A stretch of 64,000 nt of DNA, from NCBI GenBank assembly GCA_033763315.1, contig JANRKS010000034.1:288001-352000 (forward strand), in the 5' to 3' direction. A program made the translations under genes and the position numbers. The notes below the pieces were generated by a model. That model was given only the letters and a program-made list of their open reading frames with translations. It did not search any database and was not told the origin of the DNA. The stretch is from Deltaproteobacteria bacterium. Its GTDB lineage: Bacteria; Myxococcota_A; Polyangia; Fen-1088. This document shows, piece after piece, positions 48,389 through 57,362 of this stretch (positions within the stretch are counted from its first letter, which is position 1; every line of letters begins with the position of its first letter).

Positions 48389-49735
48389 ATGACGACGCGA
48401 GCGCTTTGGCATTCACTTGGATTCTTGGTGGTGGGAGGCGTTGTCGGGTGCGGCGCGGCAGGGAACGAGGGTACATCTCTGCTGCAAGACGACCCCGTTA
48501 CACAGGGGATTACGTCTGAGAACGGCCTGTCAGCGATCAATGGTCTATCGGCCATCAATGGCCTGGTGGCCTCGAACGGTTTGATGACGGCCAATGGCCT
48601 TTCAACCATCAACGGCCTTTCAACCATCAACGGCTTGATGGCCTCCAATGGCTTGATGACCTCGAACGGTGGTCGCTCGACCGTTGAGTACATGGCGAAA
48701 TGCGCGCTGTCTAACGGCGACTACATCGACAAGCAAGACCAAAACGGCACCTGGTACCGGTATCACGGAAAGCTGGGCATTGGCACGGGTTGGAAAGGCG
48801 GAGCGTGCGATACGGCGTGCCAAGAGCGTATCAGCGCTTGCATGATGGCGCACATGAACAGCACGGGTAACCACGTGCCCATCTTCATCAACGGCGATCC
48901 GAATGTGATGCCTTCAGTGGGCATGAGCATGCCGTACCAAGCGGGCAGCGATGCTGCCATCATGGAAGGCGTGTTCATGGGCAACATGTTGACGCAAAAT
49001 CCTCCGAAAGCCTTCTATGTAAAGGGTGATGGCTTCAAGGCGAGCATTCCAGGCCGGCTCGGCGCCAGCTCGTCGAACCCCTACACCGCATGGACGGGTT
49101 ACCGGCCTGATGACTCACGCTTCTTCTCGGGTGTTGCAGACGCGCTTTGTTACCGCATGGGTGTTGGCGACGGGGAACACGAGTCTTATAGAAACTGCGG
49201 CCGCTCAGATTACGCCTACGGCCCGTACACGACGACTTGGAACTCCGTGCTCACCACGTATGTCAACCGGAACTACAACAGCACTGTTAACCAAGACTAT
49301 GTTGAACGAACGCTGAACTTTGAGGGTGAAAGCATAGGAAACAAAACGTTTAGTAAGTCGGACATCTGGACGACAGCCTACAACTTCGAGTTTCAAGATA
49401 CGGTGAGCGGCTACGCAACGGGCATCGTCGGCGTAGAAAACAGCGCGAACAGCAAGCGTCTTTGCACCGCCAACGTCGATCACATTGTGATTACGAAGAA
49501 CACAGGAGAGCCCTTTTCAGTTAAGAGCCTCAACATTAACGATCAGTACGGCAGCGGCAACGGGCGCGGCGTGAAGATCACCGGCTACGTACGTGGCAGC
49601 ACCACACCCCGCACCACCACTGTCTACTTAAATGGCGTGGTTCCCACCACCCTCAACTGGGACAATCTGATCAAAGTTGAGATCAAATCCTATGGCGGTT
49701 GCACCTGCATCGACGACTTAGTCGTAAAAACATAA
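48389..49735 (+). CDS. Myxobacterial NGL hexapeptide-repeat (GLTT-like) Cys-rich lipoprotein
   Basis: Lipobox VVGC, 8x NGLxxx, YMAKCAL, W...C...CQERISACMMAHMN..G.HVPI, EGVFMGN, extra C-terminal beta domain. Confidence 0.75.
   Translation: MTTRALWHSLGFLVVGGVVGCGAAGNEGTSLLQDDPVTQGITSENGLSAINGLSAINGLVASNGLMTANGLSTINGLSTINGLMASNGLMTSNGGRSTVEYMAKCALSNGDYIDKQDQNGTWYRYHGKLGIGTGWKGGACDTACQERISACMMAHMNSTGNHVPIFINGDPNVMPSVGMSMPYQAGSDAAIMEGVFMGNMLTQNPPKAFYVKGDGFKASIPGRLGASSSNPYTAWTGYRPDDSRFFSGVADALCYRMGVGDGEHESYRNCGRSDYAYGPYTTTWNSVLTTYVNRNYNSTVNQDYVERTLNFEGESIGNKTFSKSDIWTTAYNFEFQDTVSGYATGIVGVENSANSKRLCTANVDHIVITKNTGEPFSVKSLNINDQYGSGNGRGVKITGYVRGSTTPRTTTVYLNGVVPTTLNWDNLIKVEIKSYGGCTCIDDLVVKT
48521..48670 (+). 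repeat. Imperfect 18-bp tandem repeat encoding (NGLxxx)8
   Basis: AAYGGY-codon repeats with period 18: NGLSAI NGLSAI NGLVAS NGLMTA NGLSTI NGLSTI NGLMAS NGLMTS. Confidence 0.85.
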
Positions 49736-49745
49736 AGGGTTGTTT

Positions 49746-49789
49746 CACAAAACCAGCGGGGTCTTCACGGGCCCCGTTTGGCTTTTGTG
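49746..49789. terminator. Bidirectional intrinsic terminator between convergent genes
   Basis: CACAAAACCAGCGGGGTC-TTCACG-GGCCCCGTTTGGCTTTTGTG hairpin with A/T tails on both sides. Confidence 0.7.
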
Positions 49790-49802
49790 GCAAGCGCTCA
49801 AA

Positions 49803-51263
49803 CTAACGCTGAGAGAGTGTGAACACAGATGGTTCGTCCAAAGTGATCCTGAACGCCTCGTCATCGCGCCTCAATTGCTTGTCGGCCCGCTCACCGTTGC
49901 GGCTGGGCGTTGTGACCGTGAGGTTCCATTGCCCACTTAGCAATCGCCTTCCGAGTGGGACCTCAACAGTCATAGCGTTGTTGGCGACGCCTACCACAGT
50001 GACCCTACCTTTGTGAACGAAGGTTTGCACCGTGAGGTCGGCGTTGTCACTGGTGGAGGCCACGCGCTGGGCTCCCGGGCGAACAAAGCGATAGAGTTGG
50101 CGTTGGGCGTAGAACCTCTTCTTGGGCGCATAGACGTGATTCTCGTTGGCCACCAGGCCGTAGAAAGTCATCTGCTTGTCGTGATCATGATAATTATCGA
50201 AGGCATCCCACCAAAGGCCGGCTGTGGCGCCCATTCCCAATAGATCGAGGATGCGTTGGGTACCCTTGATACAAAAGCTTGTCCACTCGTTGGCGGCTGA
50301 GCGATCTTTGTCGTTCAGGTCGCCGTACTCGCTAATCCAGATGGGTACATCACGGAAGGCGCTGGCGCCGATACGCTTGAAGTGATCGGCGTAGCCCTCG
50401 GCCAACTGGCCGTACTGGTGTAGTGTAAAACGCGCCACCCGTTTCATCAGATCTGGCTCAGAAAAGATCGGCGAAAAATAGTCTGAACCGGCCCCCGCCT
50501 GGTCAGCGAACACGACGTTCACATCTGCCAATCCCTCACGATCGAGAGCGGTCAGCACCTCTTTCATGAGGCGTGGCGCTTCATCAGGATCCACGCGTGG
50601 TCCCTCAATCGGATAACAGTTTGTTTCGTTTAGGGGGCCGAACCATTCAAAGCGCACCTTTGCTTTGTTCCGCGCGTAGGACGCCAATGCCACAACGGTT
50701 TCGGCGAACTCGGCATACATATCGCTACGCAGATGCGAAGGACGGTTGGTGAAGAGGTGCACTGGGTTCGGCTCTTTGCGACACGTGCCAGGCACCAAAG
50801 GCTTGCCCTTGTCGTCCAACATCCAGGCGGGCACTGTGCCGCTGACGTTCAATAGCACCCGGATGCCCCGTTGATTGAAGGCACGCATGGCCGCCCAAGA
50901 GGCCTCGAATGCGGCCGTTGAAAAGCGATCATCGAACACTGACCAGTTGATGTGGTGCGGATCCCCGTCGTCGTTCTGAATTTCCCAGTCGCTTTGCCCG
51001 AACGGATCGAAGCGAACGATCGACGCACCCAGATCGTCGATCAGCAGGTCAAGCAACCGCTTTTGTGCTTGGCGATAATACACGCCATTGAAGTTGACTC
51101 CGAACCCCTCGATCGTTTGGAACCTTTGCGTCGTGTCCACTTTCACGGTGGCCGTGGCAAATTCGGCTGCAAGTCCGGTTGTTGCGCTTTTTAGGAGAAT
51201 CGCAGCCATAAGGGCGCCGATTGAAAGGTTCACGCGGCATTTTCGGCGAAACAGACTTGCCAT
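49803..51263 (-). CDS. Clan GH-A glycoside hydrolase, GH30-like, secreted
   Basis: Signal-like N-terminus, RFQTIEGFG, LNET (acid/base), FTLHQY, IWISEYG (nucleophile), RFVRPGAQRV. The true start may be GTG 51233. Confidence 0.75.
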   Translation of the reverse strand: MASLFRRKCRVNLSIGALMAAILLKSATTGLAAEFATATVKVDTTQRFQTIEGFGVNFNGVYYRQAQKRLLDLLIDDLGASIVRFDPFGQSDWEIQNDDGDPHHINWSVFDDRFSTAAFEASWAAMRAFNQRGIRVLLNVSGTVPAWMLDDKGKPLVPGTCRKEPNPVHLFTNRPSHLRSDMYAEFAETVVALASYARNKAKVRFEWFGPLNETNCYPIEGPRVDPDEAPRLMKEVLTALDREGLADVNVVFADQAGAGSDYFSPIFSEPDLMKRVARFTLHQYGQLAEGYADHFKRIGASAFRDVPIWISEYGDLNDKDRSAANEWTSFCIKGTQRILDLLGMGATAGLWWDAFDNYHDHDKQMTFYGLVANENHVYAPKKRFYAQRQLYRFVRPGAQRVASTSDNADLTVQTFVHKGRVTVVGVANNAMTVEVPLGRRLLSGQWNLTVTTPSRNGERADKQLRRDDEAFRITLDEPSVFTLSQR

Positions 51264-51281
51264 CTGACGTGTGTACGCGTT

Positions 51282-51297
51282 TGGCGCCTTTGTTGCA
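51282..51297 (+). promoter_or_regulatory. Candidate sigma-54 promoter for the DUF1592-DUF1552 (C) unit
   Basis: TGGCGC-CTTTG-TTGCA in the divergent intergenic region, about 160 bp upstream of ATG 51459. Confidence 0.5.
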
Positions 51298-51458
51298 AGC
51301 GCTAGGCGTGGCGGTTGAAGTGGTGATGCCTCGGTTGCTCACTGCGCTAAGCAATCTGCGCAGCCTTGCGTGTCTTATCCAACGACGTTGCCAAGAAGAC
51401 GAAGCGATACGCTTTGAGACGAGACGGCGGCCTGCGCTCGACGTTTCGAGGTACCCAT

Positions 51459-53195
51459 ATGAAAGCCCGACAGCCTGTGGTTCTGGGTTTGTTGTTCTGT
51501 GTGCTGCCCGTCGGGTGCATGGGGCGCGTGAGCGACCATGGTGAAGCGCTTAATGAGGGCGAGTCTGATCCGGCCGCGGGCGCCTCCGGAGGCGCCGCTG
51601 GAACATCGCCTTCGGCCGCGGGCGGTCGCTCGCAAACGCCCCCCGTGCCAGAGGTTCCGGGCCAACCATTCGACGATGGGATCGCGGGCAACTTACGCCG
51701 GCTGACCATCCGCGAGTACCGGAATACCATTGTTGATCTGCTGGGTACACCGGAGTACCTGCTTTACCCCACCGAAGGCTTCGCCCCCGACGGGCGAGCA
51801 TGGGTTTTCGAGAACAACCGCAACCTACCCACGAGCGCCGCCATCGCCTTTGACTATCTGGCGGCGGCAGAGGTGTTTGCCGAAGACAGCGTGACTCATC
51901 GTTTCGAAAGCCTGTCTACGTGCGATTTTGCAAAGACGGAAGACGCGTGTGCGAAGGACTTCGTGGTGCGCGTGGGCCAGCGCGCCTTGCGGCGTCCTTT
52001 AACCGACCTCGACACGACCGAATTCATGGCTTTGTACAAGGCAGCGCGTGCCGCGCCTGAGGCGTCATACAGGGAGGCCACGCGCGTCGTGCTGACGGCT
52101 TTCCTGCAAAGTCCCGAGTTTCTCTATCACTTCGAGGTGGGCGATGAACCTCGCGCGACCACGGCCAGCAAGACGCCATTGACCGATTACGAAGTGGCGT
52201 CGCGACTGTCGTATGCGTTTTGGTCCTCGATGCCAGACAGCGAACTGTTTGCGGCCGCGGCGCGTGGCGAGCTGCGAACGGTGGAGGGCATCACGAAGCA
52301 AGTGAATCGCATACTCGCGATGCCACACACGCGCGAAACCCTGATGAATTACTTCGCGCAGTGGCTCGATTTCGATCACACCATGGAGCTTTACAACAAC
52401 CCTGCTTATGGTGAGGTCAGACCGTTTATCATTCCTGAGATCAAGGCCTTCATACAATCCGTTGTTTTTGACGGTGACGGTCAATTGGCAACGCTGCTCA
52501 AGGCTCCCTATTCGTTCCTGAACGAGCCACTGGCGGCGATCTATGGCGTGGACGGCCTCGAAGGTGACACCTTGAAGCGCACGGCGCTTGATCCCAACCA
52601 ACGTGCCGGCCTGCTGACGATGCCTGTCTTTCTCGGCAACACTTCCAACCCCGACGGTTCGATTCGCCCGGTGATTCGGGGCAAATACGTGCGCCAGCGG
52701 TTGCTGTGCCAAGAGATGCCGCCACCACCACCCGAGGCAAACACCAAAGCCCCTGAGGTCAAAGAAGGGTCGACAACGCGGCAAAGGGTGGAGCAACACG
52801 CGGCAGATCCCTTCTGCGCTGGCTGCCACCGCCTGATGGATCCCATCGGTTTGATTTTTGACCGTTATGACAGCTTGGGCCGGTATCGGCCGGCTGGTTC
52901 TGATGGCACGGACGATCAAGGCGAGCTTGTGGCCACGGATGTAAATGGCAAGGTCAATGGTGTGCGTCAGTTGGCTGAACGCCTCAGCATGAGCAAGGAT
53001 GTGCAGGCGTGCGTGGCTTCATCCTGGTTTCGCTTTGCGCTCGGACGCTCGGGGGAGGATCCATCGGATGAGATGCCGCTGCGCGCTTTCATAGATGCCT
53101 TCGCACGTAGTGGTGACATGCGCGGTCTGTTTCGTGGTCTCTCCACCTCCGATGCATTTCGCTTCATACAAGCACCAAAGGGGCAGTGCCGATGA
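51459..53195 (+). CDS. DUF1587/1595/1592/1588/1585 lipoprotein (copy C) with CxxCH
   Basis: Lipobox PVGC, RRLTIREYRNTI.DLL, RALRRPL, LQSPEFLY, EVASRLSY..WSSMPD, RGKYVRQRLLC, CAGCH. Confidence 0.88.
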   Translation: MKARQPVVLGLLFCVLPVGCMGRVSDHGEALNEGESDPAAGASGGAAGTSPSAAGGRSQTPPVPEVPGQPFDDGIAGNLRRLTIREYRNTIVDLLGTPEYLLYPTEGFAPDGRAWVFENNRNLPTSAAIAFDYLAAAEVFAEDSVTHRFESLSTCDFAKTEDACAKDFVVRVGQRALRRPLTDLDTTEFMALYKAARAAPEASYREATRVVLTAFLQSPEFLYHFEVGDEPRATTASKTPLTDYEVASRLSYAFWSSMPDSELFAAAARGELRTVEGITKQVNRILAMPHTRETLMNYFAQWLDFDHTMELYNNPAYGEVRPFIIPEIKAFIQSVVFDGDGQLATLLKAPYSFLNEPLAAIYGVDGLEGDTLKRTALDPNQRAGLLTMPVFLGNTSNPDGSIRPVIRGKYVRQRLLCQEMPPPPPEANTKAPEVKEGSTTRQRVEQHAADPFCAGCHRLMDPIGLIFDRYDSLGRYRPAGSDGTDDQGELVATDVNGKVNGVRQLAERLSMSKDVQACVASSWFRFALGRSGEDPSDEMPLRAFIDAFARSGDMRGLFRGLSTSDAFRFIQAPKGQCR

Positions 53196-54442
53196 GTCAG
53201 CCAATCGTTCGCCGCGATCTTCTACGCATGGCTGGGTTGTCGACCATGGCCTTGCCGCTCGGCGCTTTATGCCAAAGCGCGAGGGCCGCCGCCGCGTTTC
53301 CAAAACGGCTTGTCATTGTGACCAGTGCCAACGGAACGTCGATGCAGCACTTTTGGCCAACGACGGGCGTCACGGGTAGCCGCATTCTTGAGCCTCTGGC
53401 GCCACACGCCAGCAAGCTTGTGGTGATGCGCGGCATCGACGCCGAGTCGGCGCACAAAGCGCCTGTGCCTCCAGACCATGATCCCGATTACCGCAACCTG
53501 CTTACGGGCTGGCAAGCCGTTCCTCAGGGAACCGATTATGTGATCGCTGGCATCTCCATTGATCAGCACATTGCCAACGCCGTGGGGCGCCAGACCAAGC
53601 TTGCGTCATGGCATCTCGGTGGCGGATCGCGGTTGCATAGCCGCGGCTTCAACCAGCCCATCGTTTCGGACGAGAACCCCAAAGCGGCGGTCGACCGTTT
53701 GTTTGGGGATCTGGCCATCGGTGCGTCTGAGCTCACCAAACAGCGTCGCGAGCGCGCTGCCGTGATGGACGTGGTCGCGAATCGGATGAAGCGGTTGCGA
53801 TGCCAATTGGGTGCCGCCGACCAACAAAAGCTTGATGCACATTTCGAAGCCGTGAACGATGTGCGGCTTCGCACGCAATTGGTCTTGCCCGCGGCCTGTA
53901 AAGCGCCCGCCGTGGCCAAGGATATGGATTACCCAACAACCATTCGCACCTTCATGGATTTGACTGTGGCGGCTTTGGCGTGTGACGCCACGCGTGTCGT
54001 GACCGTTGATCTCGACAATAGCCACACGCAGCATGGCTTCATCGACTACCCGGGCTTGGATGTGCCGTACCACGCAGGCATTGCCCACGATGGTAGCGTC
54101 GACGGCTTTAAGAAGGTGGCCGAGATCGAACGCTGGGTGGCCGCCCAGTTTGCGTATTTGTTGTCTCGCATGGATGGCGTCAAAGAGGGCGATAAGACCC
54201 TTCTCGACAATAGCGTTGTTGTGTGGCTAAAGGAGCAGTCCAATGGCAGCACCCATGCGCGACGAGACTATCCTGTGGTGCTGGCGGGAGGCGGCGCCGG
54301 CGCCATACGAACAGGTCGAACCCTGCATGCCCAGGGCAAACCACACAGTGGCTTGTTGATCTCCTTGGCCAACGCGATGGATGTGCCAACCAAAACGTTT
54401 GGCGATCCACAGTTTTCGAACGGGCCCCTGCCCGGGTTGTAA
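53192..54442 (+). CDS. DUF1552 Tat-exported protein (copy C)
   Basis: VRRDLLR Tat signal, SIDQHIA, DQQKLDAH, ALACDATRV, YHAGIAH, EGDKTLLDNS, THARRDYP, IRTGR. ATGA-coupled. Confidence 0.88.
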   Translation: MSQPIVRRDLLRMAGLSTMALPLGALCQSARAAAAFPKRLVIVTSANGTSMQHFWPTTGVTGSRILEPLAPHASKLVVMRGIDAESAHKAPVPPDHDPDYRNLLTGWQAVPQGTDYVIAGISIDQHIANAVGRQTKLASWHLGGGSRLHSRGFNQPIVSDENPKAAVDRLFGDLAIGASELTKQRRERAAVMDVVANRMKRLRCQLGAADQQKLDAHFEAVNDVRLRTQLVLPAACKAPAVAKDMDYPTTIRTFMDLTVAALACDATRVVTVDLDNSHTQHGFIDYPGLDVPYHAGIAHDGSVDGFKKVAEIERWVAAQFAYLLSRMDGVKEGDKTLLDNSVVVWLKEQSNGSTHARRDYPVVLAGGGAGAIRTGRTLHAQGKPHSGLLISLANAMDVPTKTFGDPQFSNGPLPGL

Positions 54443-54581
54443 CGCCGTTTTTGCCTGCAGAGCTAGTCATTTCCCGCAGCAAAAGGACGCCGTCGCCTCG
54501 GATGACTTAGCTCAACACTCGTTACATTCTATACGTGCTCATCGCGATCCATTTTCGCCTGTGGCGGCAGCAAGGATGTTC

Positions 54582-55676
54582 ATGCGCTTCCGAAAGAATG
54601 CACTTCGTGTATTGTTAACAGTGGTTATCTGGGGCGGGCTGGTTGGGCTTTGGGCGTGCGCTTCGTCAACGGAGTCCTGTAGTGGCGACTGTGAAGAAGG
54701 TGGTCAGACGGGAGAAGGTGGGCAAGGCGGCGAGGGTGGCTTTGGTTCCGGTGGCTCGAGTGAGCAAGGCGGAAAAGGGGGGAACGCCACGGGCGGCAGC
54801 GCGGCCTCAAGCGCTGGCAAAGGCGGCACACCAGCCGGTGGCAACGGCACATCCTCCGGCGGCAGCGGCACATCCTCCGGCGGCAACGCCGGCAGCGTTC
54901 CCGATGCGGGCGTCGGCGGAAGCTCACCCGATGGTGGCGCGATCAACAACGATCCGAAGTCGAAGAATTGGGTGTTCTTGCTGTTGGGGCAGTCGAATAT
55001 GGCGGGGTCATCTCCCATGGAGAAGGAGGATCAGTCGGCGCCCGCGCGGGTTTGGAAATTGAGCCGGGACAAAGTCTGGGTGCCTGGGGCCGAAGGCTCG
55101 AACATCAACCCCTACGTTAAATTCACACCGACCAACTATTTTTCTCCCCTGGGGGAAGACAGCTTGAGCCCCAGCCGAACGTTCGCCATGGATGTTCTGG
55201 CCAGCACTTCAGACGCGGCCGTCAACATCTACATTGTGAACGCCGCCGTCAGCGGTTCGGCCATCGAAAGCTGGGAACCTGGCAAAGGTGAGAATTACCA
55301 GTTCATGTTGCCCTACCTCGAGGAGGCAATGAAGAAGGGTGTTGTGCGAGGGTTCCTCTGGCACCAGGGTGAGGCAAATGGCGGGATGGCTTCGCGCACC
55401 TACGCCGATCGACTCAAAGCCATCTTGGCCGCCATTCGCGCCAAGGTTGCGGATCCTTTGCTGCCCATGGTGGCAGGCCAGGTGGGCATCACGGCCGATG
55501 GTAACGTCAACGGCGCATTGAATCTCATAAAGCAGGAGGATGCCCGGTTCGGCATCGCCTCGTGCGTGGGCCTGACAAAGAAGGTGCCCGGCGACGCTCA
55601 TTACAGCTCGAGTTCAGAACGCGAATTTGGCAAGCGCTACGCCGCCGCGTGGCTCGCAATCCAATCGAAACCCTAA
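54582..55676 (+). CDS. SGNH-type carbohydrate esterase lipoprotein (CE6 / sialate O-acetylesterase-like)
   Basis: Lipobox LWAC, Gly/Ser linker, LLLGQSNMAG, AVSGSAIESW, FLWHQGE, DAHY. Confidence 0.85.
   Translation: MRFRKNALRVLLTVVIWGGLVGLWACASSTESCSGDCEEGGQTGEGGQGGEGGFGSGGSSEQGGKGGNATGGSAASSAGKGGTPAGGNGTSSGGSGTSSGGNAGSVPDAGVGGSSPDGGAINNDPKSKNWVFLLLGQSNMAGSSPMEKEDQSAPARVWKLSRDKVWVPGAEGSNINPYVKFTPTNYFSPLGEDSLSPSRTFAMDVLASTSDAAVNIYIVNAAVSGSAIESWEPGKGENYQFMLPYLEEAMKKGVVRGFLWHQGEANGGMASRTYADRLKAILAAIRAKVADPLLPMVAGQVGITADGNVNGALNLIKQEDARFGIASCVGLTKKVPGDAHYSSSSEREFGKRYAAAWLAIQSKP
54837..54888 (+). repeat. 21-bp tandem repeat in the Gly/Ser linker (GGNGTSS GGSGTSS GGN)
   Basis: GGTGGCAACGGCACATCCTCC followed by GGCGGCAGCGGCACATCCTCC plus a partial third unit. 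Confidence 0.7.
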
Positions 55677-55691
55677 TTAGAGGAAGATCGA

Positions 55692-57362
55692 ATGCAGTTT
55701 CAACCTCGGTACATACTATGGGTGTCGGCACTGGCTGCCGCGTGTTCTGGCTCGGTGTCCGGTCCGGGTTCGGGAAATGGTGGTCAAGACGATGGCGAGG
55801 GCGGTGAGGGCGGGGGCAGCCTGCCGCCTGAAGTTGCCGAGGCGTGCTCAGATCAACCGAACGTTGGTCCGAGCAAGTGGCGACGTCTTTCCACCACACA
55901 ATACAAGAACGCGGTCACCGACCTGCTTGGCGTTGCACCGGATACAAAAGGGTTCTTGTTCGATTCCACCACGGGGCCATTCGCCACCAATACGACGCTG
56001 AATCCACAAGATGTGGACATCGCACAGTACGCTTCGGCGGCAGAGGCATTGGCTGCCAAAGCCACGGCCGATGTCAACAAGCTCATCGATTGCGATCCCC
56101 GCACGCAAACCGAGGATGCATGCGCAAACCGCTTCATCGACAACTTTGCCACGCGTGCCTTTCGTAGGCCGATCGAATCGACCGAGCAAAGCAGGCTTCG
56201 CGAGCTCTACAAGCTTGGAAAAGCGCAGAGCTTCACCGACGGCATTCGTTTGGTTTTGCAGGCCATCCTGCAATCGCCGAGCTTCTTGTACCTGGTTGAG
56301 CGCGGCCAAGGCGATGGCAAAGGCATCGTACCGCTGACCGACTATGAGGTTGCGGCACGCCTTTCGTTTACGCTCACGGCCACTTTACCTGACAGTCAAT
56401 TGCTTGCGGCTGCCAAGGACAAAAAGCTTTCAACCGCGCAAGGCCTTCGATCAGAGGCCATGCGCCTGATGAATTCGCCCCGCTTTAACGAAGCCTCTAT
56501 CACGTTTGCCACAGAGCTACTGGGCTTGCCCTCACTCACGCGCAGCGGATTTGTCACCAAATCGGGCGGCGATGCGGCCACGTTCGACGATTCGATGCGA
56601 CAGGCGATGCTGGACGAGCCGAGAAAGTTCGTGGATTACGTGATGAACAAGGGCAGCGGTACGGTGGAAGAGCTGTTCTCGGCGCCATACGTTTTTCCCG
56701 CCGGCCCCTTAACCAAAATCTACGGCCCTTCGCTTTCGCCTGATGGTGACGGACGCGCGGTGATCTCCGACGGCTCACGTCTGGGCCTGTTGAGCCTGGC
56801 TGGTGTGCAAGCAAGTCATCCGCACGTGCCCACAATTTATGGTGCGGTGGTTCGCGGCAATCTTGTCCGTCGCGAACTGTTGTGCATGACAATCCCACCG
56901 CCCAATGTGGCTGTGAAATTTGAGGCACCCCCCAATGCGAGTCAAATGTCGCCACAACAGCTGCTGCGAGCGCATCAGGACAACGACACATGCCGTCCCT
57001 GTCACGAGCTGATGGACCCCATCGGCTTTGGCCTTGAACGCTACGATGGCGTAGGAAGGCTAAAAGAAAAGAATGGCGATGGTTCGCAAGTGGATTCGTC
57101 CGGCGAGATTTTAGGTCTCGAGAACGAATACAAATTCTCTGACACACAAGAGCTTTTGAAGACGTTGGCGACCATGCCAGAAGTCAGACGCTGCATGGCA
57201 ACTCAACTTGTACGCTTCTCACTTGCACGCGAACCAGACGACGCGGATGCGTGTGCTGCACGGAAGCTGCAAAGCGTTCTTGCCGACGGCAAGGGCAATC
57301 TTCGAGACGCCATTTTGACCCTCGTCACGAGCGATGCATTTCGATATCGAAAAGGGGAATGA
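55692..57362 (+). CDS. DUF1587/1595/1592/1588/1585 lipoprotein (copy D) with CxxCH
   Basis: Lipobox AAAC, WRRLSTTQYKN, RAFRRP, LQSPSFLY, EVAARLSF, VRG..VRRELLC, CRPCH. Confidence 0.88.
   Translation: MQFQPRYILWVSALAAACSGSVSGPGSGNGGQDDGEGGEGGGSLPPEVAEACSDQPNVGPSKWRRLSTTQYKNAVTDLLGVAPDTKGFLFDSTTGPFATNTTLNPQDVDIAQYASAAEALAAKATADVNKLIDCDPRTQTEDACANRFIDNFATRAFRRPIESTEQSRLRELYKLGKAQSFTDGIRLVLQAILQSPSFLYLVERGQGDGKGIVPLTDYEVAARLSFTLTATLPDSQLLAAAKDKKLSTAQGLRSEAMRLMNSPRFNEASITFATELLGLPSLTRSGFVTKSGGDAATFDDSMRQAMLDEPRKFVDYVMNKGSGTVEELFSAPYVFPAGPLTKIYGPSLSPDGDGRAVISDGSRLGLLSLAGVQASHPHVPTIYGAVVRGNLVRRELLCMTIPPPNVAVKFEAPPNASQMSPQQLLRAHQDNDTCRPCHELMDPIGFGLERYDGVGRLKEKNGDGSQVDSSGEILGLENEYKFSDTQELLKTLATMPEVRRCMATQLVRFSLAREPDDADACAARKLQSVLADGKGNLRDAILTLVTSDAFRYRKGE

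Noticed and set aside
48521-48670. Tandem repeat as a possible CRISPR array
   Set aside because: Period 18 with no unique spacers, in-frame inside a CDS, and no cas genes.
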